Sequence record: NC_054902.1
Source: Enterobacteria phage Aplg8
Reading direction: 5' to 3' (one strand)
Length of the DNA: 64,000 nucleotides
How positions within the stretch are numbered: position 1 is the stretch's first letter; each line of letters opens with the position of its first letter. Of this stretch, positions 9,295 through 19,968 are shown in pieces. The translations under genes were made by a program, and so were the position numbers. Below the pieces are notes generated by a model. That model did no database searches. It worked only from the letters and a program-made list of their open reading frames with translations, and was not told the origin of the DNA.

Positions 9295-9660
9295 TTAAAT
9301 ATCAAATTCGTTAAGAACTACATCAAAGATTGCTTCAAGATGCTCAGGTTTAGCTCTGTTACTCAGAATATGACGAATCCAAGTTTTAACCAGAAGCTTG
9401 CGATTAACGCCATTCCAGCAAGGATGAGTCCCTAAATCGCGTTGACGAAAATCATCATCCAAAGCGATTTTGAAGTTGGAACCTTCCATTGTGATTGAAA
9501 CCGTGATGCCATTTTCAAATCGCATATAAACGTAGTTAGGAGTCATATACTGTTCAATTTCGCATACTGATCCATTTTGATGTTTCCAAAGGCAAATAGT
9601 ATCAATAGAACCTGCAATACCATTAGAAACATATTTACGTTCAAAGTTGATGTAGTTCAT
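9295..9660 (-). CDS. Hypothetical protein, 121 aa
   Basis: ORF directly downstream of an early promoter; Shine-Dalgarno GGAGAA. Confidence 0.45.
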   Translation of the reverse strand: MNYINFERKYVSNGIAGSIDTICLWKHQNGSVCEIEQYMTPNYVYMRFENGITVSITMEGSNFKIALDDDFRQRDLGTHPCWNGVNRKLLVKTWIRHILSNRAKPEHLEAIFDVVLNEFDI

Positions 9661-9697
9661 TTTTATTCTCCGAGATGTTTAATTGCGGTACAGGTAT

Positions 9698-9726
9698 ATA
9701 ATATCATATCCTGTACCAAAGTAAAC
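9698..9726 (-). promoter_or_regulatory. Early promoter (GTTTAC-N17-TATTAT)
   Basis: Minus strand GTTTAC then 17 nt then TATTAT; 8-bp inverted repeat GGTACAGG/CCTGTACC brackets the -10. Confidence 0.5.
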
Positions 9727-9728
9727 AA

Positions 9729-10061
9729 TTATTTTACTACTTTCCAGTGCTGCATGTCAAGTTTACCAACTTTTTTCATCTTCTCAATTAAGCGTTCGGC
9801 ACGTTGGCGAGCTGTAACATAATACCATTCACCTAATTCATTTTGTTCAATTTTTCCAACGATTACTGTATTCAATTCATAAATCCAACCAGTAAAGAAA
9901 TTATGAACTTGAATTGTAAAGGTGAAATCTGTTCCCATACCTTCTGTTGTTTCTACTTCAATAATATTACCTTCAACTGCCATTAAGAACCACATAGTTT
10001 CATCATATTTACCATTGAAGCATTTAGTTTTAACTGCAGCGTTCAGATTAATCGTTTTCAT
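9729..10061 (-). CDS. Hypothetical protein, 110 aa
   Basis: ORF with AAGGAG Shine-Dalgarno downstream of an early promoter. Confidence 0.45.
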   Translation of the reverse strand: MKTINLNAAVKTKCFNGKYDETMWFLMAVEGNIIEVETTEGMGTDFTFTIQVHNFFTGWIYELNTVIVGKIEQNELGEWYYVTARQRAERLIEKMKKVGKLDMQHWKVVK

Positions 10062-10088
10062 TTTATTCTCCTTTGTTTGTGTAAGATA

Positions 10089-10118
10089 ATACTATCACAA
10101 AGGAACCATACTGTAAAC
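10089..10118 (-). promoter_or_regulatory. Early promoter (GTTTAC-N18-TAGTAT)
   Basis: Consensus -35 GTTTAC and TGn-extended -10 on the minus strand. Confidence 0.5.
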
Positions 10119-10141
10119 AACTTTGTGCAATCTTTGGAAAA

Positions 10142-10167
10142 TAAAAAAGGACTCCCGAAGGAGTCCT
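10142..10167 (-). terminator. Rho-independent terminator (minus strand)
   Basis: GGACTCC-cgaa-GGAGTCC hairpin followed on the minus strand by TTTTTTAT; downstream of the 30.9-like gene. Confidence 0.6.
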
Positions 10168-10171
10168 CAAC

Positions 10172-10348
10172 TTATGCTTTCTGCTTACCAAAACGAGAAG
10201 CATCATCTCGAAGAACCGCACGTGCTCGGCGCATGATCTTCTCAACAGTTTGATTGATACGAGAGTTCGACCCACGCTTGTAACCAGCGCGTTTAGAATC
10301 ACCAACTTTCTTTTCAACTGCTTTCTTTGCTTTAGCTTGTTTTGCCAT
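10172..10348 (-). CDS. Small basic protein, about 58 aa (30.9 position)
   Basis: Track ORF 10172-10390 trimmed to the internal Met (MAKQAKAKKAVEKK...); lysine/arginine rich. Confidence 0.4.
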   Translation of the reverse strand: MAKQAKAKKAVEKKVGDSKRAGYKRGSNSRINQTVEKIMRRARAVLRDDASRFGKQKA

Positions 10349-10592
10349 TATAAATTCTCTTTTAAATGAAAATGCAGGACTTATTGGCATTGCCTGCGAA
10401 AGCCCTCAAGGGGTACTTAGGTTTTGAATATTTAACGACCAGGATAACCATAAACCCGTCATCATTCACATTCAAGAGGTACACCGTAAAACTGCCGGGG
10501 TCTTAAAACTATAATGATTCGCAAATCATTAATCAGACAGTTCGACGGCTCCTCGATTTTAGCTCACACTAAGGCAGTGAATCTCCAATAAA

Positions 10593-10841
10593 TTACTTCA
10601 GTGTTACCACAAAGTGACGAACTGCTTTTCGTGCAGCAGAAGCCAGAGGCTTAGCATATTTAAGTTCATCTTTTTCCTGAAGCTCAGCGGCTAATGCAGT
10701 TTGAGCAGGATTCAGATGTTTGAAATAACGCAGGATTTCAAGAGCTTCGGCTTCAACATCAATAGATGCGCCATAGTTTTCGTGACCATTATTCCATGCG
10801 TTTCGTTGCAGTTCAAGAGCGTGTTGTAATTGTTTAATCAT
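10593..10841 (-). CDS. rIII: rIII lysis-inhibition accessory protein
   Basis: 82 aa as T4 rIII; position between the gene 30 cluster and gene 31. Confidence 0.8.
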   Translation of the reverse strand: MIKQLQHALELQRNAWNNGHENYGASIDVEAEALEILRYFKHLNPAQTALAAELQEKDELKYAKPLASAARKAVRHFVVTLK

Positions 10842-10988
10842 TTAAAAATTCTCGTTAGAGATTAAAACTCGGTAGTCACGTTCTTCTGAATTTCATCTTC
10901 TTTCGACAGATCTCTCAGTTGTAGACTACCACATAGAATTGTTCGGTTAACTTATTATTCCGACACCCAATTCATATTATTATTTATA

Positions 10989-11324
10989 TCACTTATAAAG
11001 ACACGGAATAGCTTTATAATGACAGGTAACGAATTTTTGTTTAATTTCTTTTGGCTGCTTAAGACCCAGAGCTACAAAAGGATGCGGAACATTTCGAATT
11101 TGACCAACTGGAAGAGAAGTCAAATCACCAACTTCGCAGAAACCTTCAGGAACATCAGGACCAACAGAGTGAACTACACACAGTTCAGGAACTTCACCTT
11201 GGACACGTTTACCAATAATAAGTCCTGATTCTGTAACTTCTTCATCACCGGCTTGCGCAGGTTCAGAAACTAAAATAACATATTCACCGACAGCACGAAT
11301 TGGTAGCTGTTGTACTTCAGACAT
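10989..11324 (-). CDS. 31: Co-chaperonin gp31 (GroES analogue)
   Basis: 111 aa as T4 gp31; synteny rIII-31-cd. Confidence 0.85.
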
Positions 11325-11354
11325 CGTTTTTCCTTTTTGTTAACAGATGAATTA

Positions 11355-11382
11355 ATAATAACAAATAATTCTTAAAGCATTT
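11355..11382 (-). promoter_or_regulatory. Candidate MotA-dependent middle promoter for gene 31
   Basis: Minus strand aaaTGCTTTA (MotA-box-like), 12 nt, then TATTAT, about 25 nt upstream of the gene 31 ATG. Confidence 0.45.
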
Positions 11383-11689
11383 ATTTACCAATAAATTGAA
11401 GCAAATGCTCAACTTTCATGCCATTAACGGAAATCAATTTGTCAATAGAAAAACCTCGCCATGCACCGAGTTCAACATCAAATATCGGAATCATATCAGT
11501 AGATTCTTTCCGAGTAGATTCAGTCAATTTACCGGTTTGCATAGTTGGCATAAAGTCACCATCACGGGTGCCTTTCATAGTACGAATAGTACCATCAGAC
11601 TTTTCAAAAACCACGTTTGAAATACCCATGGACAATTTAGTTTTCAAAATTTCACGAATTGCTACTTTCTGTTCAGTTGTCAGTTTCAT
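11381..11689 (-). CDS. Hypothetical protein, 102 aa
   Basis: ORF between cd and gene 31. Confidence 0.45.
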   Translation of the reverse strand: MKLTTEQKVAIREILKTKLSMGISNVVFEKSDGTIRTMKGTRDGDFMPTMQTGKLTESTRKESTDMIPIFDVELGAWRGFSIDKLISVNGMKVEHLLQFIGK

Positions 11690-11926
11690 TTATTTACCTA
11701 TTACAGTTTTAATATGAGTTGTTCCACGTTCTTTAAGAGTGGAAAGCAACTTTTGGCATTTTTCTAAATCAGATTTCCAACTATACGGCCTATCAATACA
11801 AACCCATTCTGACTTATAATACTGTTTCCATTTAGAGAAAAAATATTTCTTATACTCTACAGCAAATGAGATGTTCTCATTAGAATAAGAACTAATTGCT
11901 GTGAGCTTTACCAAACGAAATTTCAT
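11690..11926 (-). CDS. Hypothetical protein, 78 aa
   Basis: ORF between cd and gene 31. Confidence 0.45.
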   Translation of the reverse strand: MKFRLVKLTAISSYSNENISFAVEYKKYFFSKWKQYYKSEWVCIDRPYSWKSDLEKCQKLLSTLKERGTTHIKTVIGK

Positions 11927-12507
11927 TATTCACCACAGAATTCGTTGATATTTTCCCAGTTTAACTTATTCAAGTTTTTCTTAGGAACATTAAACACTTC
12001 AATACCTGCATTTCGCAGAATATCATCCCAACCAGGTTTATTTTTATCGTATGTTTCACAATAAACTAGCTTTTTAATACCAGATTGAGCTATCGCTTTT
12101 GCGCAATCCGGACAAGGAGAAAGTGTTACATACATAGTAGCACCTTCAATAGAAGAACCATTTCGTGCAGCAAACAAAATTGCATTTAGTTCAGCATGAA
12201 TTTCATTTTTAGATGACCATTCCGAGTGAGCACTACGATGTTCTTTCGCCAAGACAAAACGATCAGTTGAACCAAACGATACACATTCAGGCTTATGACC
12301 TTGAATGATAGTATGTTTAGGTTTATTCAACAACCAACCTTGCTCAGCAGCATAATCACAGCAGTTCACACCACCAGCAGGTGAACCATTATATCCGGTA
12401 GAAATAATACGTCCATTCTTTTCAATTACTGCTCCTACTTTCCAGGAGCAACATTTTGATTCTTGTGATACTAAATATGCAATTTGAAGTACTGTACTCG
12501 CTTTCAT
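11926..12507 (-). CDS. cd: dCMP deaminase
   Basis: 193 aa as T4 Cd; zinc-binding deaminase motifs HAELNAI and SPCPDCAKAI. Confidence 0.9.
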   Translation of the reverse strand: MKASTVLQIAYLVSQESKCCSWKVGAVIEKNGRIISTGYNGSPAGGVNCCDYAAEQGWLLNKPKHTIIQGHKPECVSFGSTDRFVLAKEHRSAHSEWSSKNEIHAELNAILFAARNGSSIEGATMYVTLSPCPDCAKAIAQSGIKKLVYCETYDKNKPGWDDILRNAGIEVFNVPKKNLNKLNWENINEFCGE

Positions 12508-12842
12508 TTCATAATCACCAGATAAGCAGATTTAGCAGTTTCAACACGATAAATTTCGTGACGAAGTTTAGTTATACTTTTAATAACAGAACTAATTATA
12601 TTCTGCCCATCTTTAAAGCGGTTTTTCTTATCAATAAAAACTGCGCCAGTCATCTTTTTGTGAAGCTCAACTGGATACTTCGTCACAATAATAGCATCAT
12701 ACACAGAAGGATGAATACTATTCACCAGAGTATCATTCATTAAAGTTATTCTAATGAACTTTGCTGTTTCAGAATCAAGCGCTCTATGATCGCCAGTATC
12801 ATTTTCAAGACAATTATCAATTATATCAGTTAAATTCATCAT
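12504..12842 (-). CDS. Hypothetical protein, 112 aa
   Basis: ORF overlapping cd start by 4 nt. Confidence 0.45.
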   Translation of the reverse strand: MMNLTDIIDNCLENDTGDHRALDSETAKFIRITLMNDTLVNSIHPSVYDAIIVTKYPVELHKKMTGAVFIDKKNRFKDGQNIISSVIKSITKLRHEIYRVETAKSAYLVIMK

Positions 12843-13075
12843 AGTACGCCATACACCCTTTGTGCTTCAACTAATCCATCAAAATCCAATTTGAGATGTG
12901 TTATTTGGTCACCATCACCTGGATTCACAATTACTAATACTGAACGAGGAGTTTCGGTAATAACACGAACCGATGTTTCAGGAAATCGTTCAGAAACCTT
13001 ATTTACCAATTCCTGTGCAAATAGCTTAACTTTTTCTTGGAATTCTTTAACAGTAATTGGTTTTTCACTTAGCAT
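12839..13075 (-). CDS. Hypothetical protein, 78 aa
   Basis: ORF downstream of an early promoter. Confidence 0.45.
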   Translation of the reverse strand: MLSEKPITVKEFQEKVKLFAQELVNKVSERFPETSVRVITETPRSVLVIVNPGDGDQITHLKLDFDGLVEAQRVYGVL

Positions 13076-13105
13076 TTTGTTTTCCTCATTTGTTTTGGTA
13101 GAGCT

Positions 13106-13135
13106 ATAATATCACAACTCTACCGTAAAGTAAAC
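13106..13135 (-). promoter_or_regulatory. Early promoter (GTTTAC-N18-TATTAT)
   Basis: Consensus elements on the minus strand; 7-bp inverted repeat GGTAGAG/CTCTACC brackets the -10. Confidence 0.5.
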
Positions 13136-13137
13136 TG

Positions 13138-13413
13138 TTAAATTGCCTTGAATTCTGATGTCTGTGATTCAAAACGAATATCGCCTTTGATGACCAGCTC
13201 AGCATCAAGACCAAATACGACAATGATATGCGCAGAACCTGGATACAGCGTAATGGCAATAGAATCCACCTGGTCTGGAAGCAAAGTGTTCAATACATGA
13301 GTCACTTGAGCATGAATTCGAAGCTCGGCTGCGTTATCAAGCTTTTCAAACATATTATTAGCGATAATTTGGCTAAACACTACTTCTACGATTTTAGAAT
13401 AAGTCGGAAACAT
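13138..13413 (-). CDS. Hypothetical protein, 91 aa
   Basis: ORF in the cd-pseT interval. Confidence 0.4.
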   Translation of the reverse strand: MFPTYSKIVEVVFSQIIANNMFEKLDNAAELRIHAQVTHVLNTLLPDQVDSIAITLYPGSAHIIVVFGLDAELVIKGDIRFESQTSEFKAI

Positions 13414-13415
13414 AT

Positions 13416-13608
13416 TTACCTCACATAATTTTCTTCAAGCCAATCAATAACATCCAACGCATTATCAAAAGTTGAACCATCTACTTTATCTTCTGTTTCA
13501 TAATCAAGAACATCTAAGCCTACTCTTCCATCAACAATAGGCCATAAACAAAATAGATATTTCTTTTCTTTTTCAATTTTATCACAAAGTCGATAAATCT
13601 TTTCTATG

Positions 13609-13616
<8 letters not shown>
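13416..13616 (-). CDS. Hypothetical protein, 66 aa
   Basis: ORF in the cd-pseT interval. Confidence 0.4.
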
Positions 13617-15009
<1,393 letters not shown>

Positions 15010-15013
<4 letters not shown>

Positions 15014-15240
15014 TTATTTTTCTCAACTAATGATTGAATATAATCATGCAGGTCTTTAGATGCTTTACCCCACTTATTTTGATATTCATTTTTGAGATTA
15101 GCACGTGATTGAGCTAATAAAACATCATTAGTTGGAGGTAAAGATTCTAACCGCTGAATCTGGCGTCCATAAATCATTGCAGCCATCTCGGATTCATAAA
15201 TCAATCCTTTGAGATGTTCAAATTGATGCCATGAAATCAT
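15010..15240 (-). CDS. Hypothetical protein, 76 aa
   Basis: ORF in the pseT-alc interval. Confidence 0.45.
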
Positions 15241-15536
15241 TTACATTTATCCTCTTTTAACTCTTGACGATAATAACATATCATAGTTTTCTGATCATGT
15301 ACATATCGTTTTACATCATTAAGCCAAATACGAAATTCCTGGGAATCTTCAAATGGCATACCGACCCAAGCTTTACCATCAATAACTTTAACTTGCCAAG
15401 ATAGTTTAGCTTCATCATATGACTTTATTTGTACAGGCCAATTAGGATGAACTGTTTCTTTCTTTACTTCTAGAGGCTTTGTAGAACAACCAACTAGAAG
15501 ACCAATAGATAATATTACTGCTGATAGTTTAATCAT
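15237..15536 (-). CDS. Outer-membrane spanin (Rz1-like lipoprotein), 99 aa
   Basis: Signal peptide with lipobox LLVGCS; immediately downstream of the i-spanin-like gene; matches my recollection of the T4 spanin pair in the pseT.2/pseT.3 position. Confidence 0.6.
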   Translation of the reverse strand: MIKLSAVILSIGLLVGCSTKPLEVKKETVHPNWPVQIKSYDEAKLSWQVKVIDGKAWVGMPFEDSQEFRIWLNDVKRYVHDQKTMICYYRQELKEDKCK

Positions 15537-15886
15537 TTAGAAAGGTCCTGGATGTCTTCTGCGAACTTGTTGAAGGAGTTGTTGATTTGTTTTTCAACCA
15601 ATCCTGGCTTATGAGCCACCACATCCGCCTTCTTTGCGTCTTTGCGCAGTTTTTCATTTTCACGCTCAATAGCAGCAATTGCCTCACGATTTTTATTATT
15701 CATCGCATCAATATAATTATACTGAATTCGCAAATTATTTAATGCTAAGGCGTTTTCATTGGCCGTTTTTGTAATTTCTACAACAGACGTTTCTAATCTT
15801 TCAATTTTATTTTTTAAAATTAAAGAAGTTCCGCCTAATGCAATTACAATTAATAGCAAACCTGCTGTCGTATTACTTAATTGCAT
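15533..15886 (-). CDS. Inner-membrane spanin (Rz-like), 117 aa
   Basis: N-terminal transmembrane segment TAGLLLIVIALGGTSLIL followed by a coiled-coil-like charged region. Confidence 0.6.
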   Translation of the reverse strand: MQLSNTTAGLLLIVIALGGTSLILKNKIERLETSVVEITKTANENALALNNLRIQYNYIDAMNNKNREAIAAIERENEKLRKDAKKADVVAHKPGLVEKQINNSFNKFAEDIQDLSK

Positions 15887-16383
15887 AAAGTTTTAATAAC
15901 CTCTATAATATCGTCTTGAGAAAGACCGTTAATTAAAATATGATGTTCAGCTGGAGATTTAGAAATTTTAAAGCATGCCTCAACATCTTCTGCCATATCC
16001 GATGCACTACGATTTGGATTACTAATACCAAGGCGGTGTTTTCCCGTCAAAGGATTAACGATGATATAGCATTTGCAGCTATTGATATGAACATTGGGTT
16101 GAGTCTGATTAATGAACACTTCACAATCATACTTAGCGAGTTGATTTTCTAAAAAGACTTTCATCTCTTCAACCGCATCAGGAAGCATATCACGGGCTTG
16201 CTCAAGACGACGATTTCGATATTCTTTAATGGTCGTTTTCCGCTTGACTTGCTTAGCTAAATCTTTCTTAAGATCGGTGATATATCCAACTCGACGATTT
16301 CCTTTGAATACAGAAATCCCATCTGTAGTATCACCGTATGCTTCAACGACCATTTCAGTAGTAATAAGTTGTAAATCCATCAT
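15877..16383 (-). CDS. alc: Alc-like host transcription termination protein
   Basis: 167/168 aa as T4 Alc; position between the pseT cluster and rnlA. Confidence 0.6.
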   Translation of the reverse strand: MMDLQLITTEMVVEAYGDTTDGISVFKGNRRVGYITDLKKDLAKQVKRKTTIKEYRNRRLEQARDMLPDAVEEMKVFLENQLAKYDCEVFINQTQPNVHINSCKCYIIVNPLTGKHRLGISNPNRSASDMAEDVEACFKISKSPAEHHILINGLSQDDIIEVIKTLCN

Positions 16384-16388
16384 AAAGT

Positions 16389-16441
16389 CCTCATGTTATG
16401 TCAGTAAGACTACTGTAACACAACACGAGGGACTTGTAAAC
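16389..16441 (-). promoter_or_regulatory. Early promoter plus leader, copy B of the 53-bp repeat
   Basis: GTTTAC-N18-TACAGT then leader ending CATGAGG before the alc ATG; 52/53 identical to 1109-1161. Confidence 0.5.
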
Positions 16442-16444
16442 AGC

Positions 16445-18056
<1,612 letters not shown>

Positions 18057-18059
18057 TCC

Positions 18060-19238
18060 TTAAAAGTATTTTTTAAAACTCATCATAACTTTATCATCAA
18101 CATCATTATCAATCTGTGCAACAAGATAAGATGACAGCTCTACTTCTTGCGGTGCAGATTGAACATTATCAGAATTAAGATATTCACGAATCCAAGGATA
18201 TGGATGTTTAACCGGAGCATCGGTAATTGGGCATGGAAGACCACACTGTTTCATACGAGATACAGTTAAGTAATCAATAAAGCTCCACATGCTATTTGTA
18301 TTTAATCCAGGAACATCGCCATCTTTAAATAAATGAACTGCCCAATCTTTTTCTTGGCGGTTAACTTCCATGAAAATATCAACTGCTTCTTGTTCACACT
18401 CTTGAGCAATTTTAACCCATTCATCGCCATCAGTACCAGATTGAAGTTGACGAATAATATATTGGGTGCCTTTAAGGTGAAGCTGTTCATCGCGTGCAAT
18501 GAACTTCATAATCTTGGCATTACCTTCCATGATTTCCATGTTCTTATGGAAGTTAAAGGTACATGCGAAAGATACATAAAAACGAATAGCTTCCAATGCA
18601 TTGATTACATGCAAACAGAGGTAAAGAGATTTCATTAGCTCACGCTTCCAATATGTCTCATGCTCAATAGCATCTTCAATAACGTCTTCGTCTGCATTAA
18701 TTTCTTTTTGGTATTCGATATCAGCTTTAGCGTTTTCCCAATAACGAGTTTTAATCAGAACATCATCATAATAACGTCCAATGGATTCAGCACGTTTCAT
18801 AATAGCTTCATCTAATACAATTTCATCAAATACCTTCGATGGATCAGTATAAAGATTTCGCATGATATGAGTATATGAACGACTGTGAATAGTTTCACTA
18901 AAAGTCCATGTAGCAACCCATGTATCAAGGCTTGGGTCTGAAATTAATGACATAAGTACAGCAGATGGCGCGCGACCCTGAATGCTATCTAAAAGTGATT
19001 GATACTTCAAGTTGTTAGTAAAAATATTTTGCTGATACTGAGGAAGCTTATTAAACTGTGCAGCATCCATCATCAAGTTTACTTCTTCGGGACGCCAAAA
19101 AAATGATAAAGATTTCTCAATAAGTTCTTCAAATACTCTATGTCGTTGAATATCATATCGAGCTAAACCCAATCCAGAACCAAAAAACATCGGCTCAGTC
19201 AAAATATTAACAGGGGATGTATTAAAAACTGTGCTCAT
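18060..19238 (-). CDS. nrdB: Ribonucleotide reductase small subunit, intron-less
   Basis: 392-aa continuous ORF; T4 NrdB is about 388 aa with an intron, absent here. Confidence 0.95.
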   Translation of the reverse strand: MSTVFNTSPVNILTEPMFFGSGLGLARYDIQRHRVFEELIEKSLSFFWRPEEVNLMMDAAQFNKLPQYQQNIFTNNLKYQSLLDSIQGRAPSAVLMSLISDPSLDTWVATWTFSETIHSRSYTHIMRNLYTDPSKVFDEIVLDEAIMKRAESIGRYYDDVLIKTRYWENAKADIEYQKEINADEDVIEDAIEHETYWKRELMKSLYLCLHVINALEAIRFYVSFACTFNFHKNMEIMEGNAKIMKFIARDEQLHLKGTQYIIRQLQSGTDGDEWVKIAQECEQEAVDIFMEVNRQEKDWAVHLFKDGDVPGLNTNSMWSFIDYLTVSRMKQCGLPCPITDAPVKHPYPWIREYLNSDNVQSAPQEVELSSYLVAQIDNDVDDKVMMSFKKYF

Positions 19239-19968
19239 AAATTTTCCTCTTTAAAATTCTGCCGCGTTTCCAACCTGGCGGTATAATATCATCTTTACCT
19301 ATAAGCGTGCATTCACTTCCATTATTAATCCATTTCTTACCGCGGATTCCTTTATAATCTCTTGGTTGTATTTTATCAAACTTTGCATCAAGTTGATATG
19401 ACCATCTAAATCCATAGGCATATTGAAATTTACCCTCAGCACAATATTTGATATTTGACCCGTTTCCATTAACTGACCTGGACGCTGCCGCAATAGAGTG
19501 AAAGGTTTCTATGAAATCCCCATCTAATGAGAATTTATGTATTTCGATAGATGGGCATGCATACCTATTCACGTTTGATACATGTTGTTTAGTTTCGTTT
19601 TTATGATGCTTGCCTAACATTCCTCTAGGATGAGGATTATTTTTCCAATATTTCTTAAAGAAATCAGAATTAGCTTTAGCAAATAATTTTCTGTGCAAGC
19701 TATACAATCTGTTATTAATTCTATTACCAGCTTTATCTGTTGCCATTAACGTTAACGCAGAGGCAAGCCCAAAATGGCCTTCATTTATCTTACATAGTAA
19801 TAGATGCGCTATAAAATGTTCTCTAGCTGTTAATTCAACTAAATTTTCTTTATCATCAGAACCTCCCATGCATTTAGGGACTATATGATGTGTCTCTTTA
19901 TATTCAGATAAAGGTTCCCGAGCCTGAGCTCGGGAAATTAGGTCATTATAGATTTTTTGATAATTCAT
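19222..19968 (-). CDS. mobE: HNH homing endonuclease (MobE-like)
   Basis: HNH motif HHIVPKCMGGSDDKENLVELTAREHFIAH; sits between nrdA and nrdB as mobE does in T4; overlaps the nrdB start by 17 nt. Confidence 0.8.
   Translation of the reverse strand: MNYQKIYNDLISRAQAREPLSEYKETHHIVPKCMGGSDDKENLVELTAREHFIAHLLLCKINEGHFGLASALTLMATDKAGNRINNRLYSLHRKLFAKANSDFFKKYWKNNPHPRGMLGKHHKNETKQHVSNVNRYACPSIEIHKFSLDGDFIETFHSIAAASRSVNGNGSNIKYCAEGKFQYAYGFRWSYQLDAKFDKIQPRDYKGIRGKKWINNGSECTLIGKDDIIPPGWKRGRILKRKIYEHSF

Noticed and set aside
11019-11228. 69-aa plus-strand ORF antisense to gene 31
   Set aside because: Antisense to gene 31; the whole region is transcribed from the minus strand.
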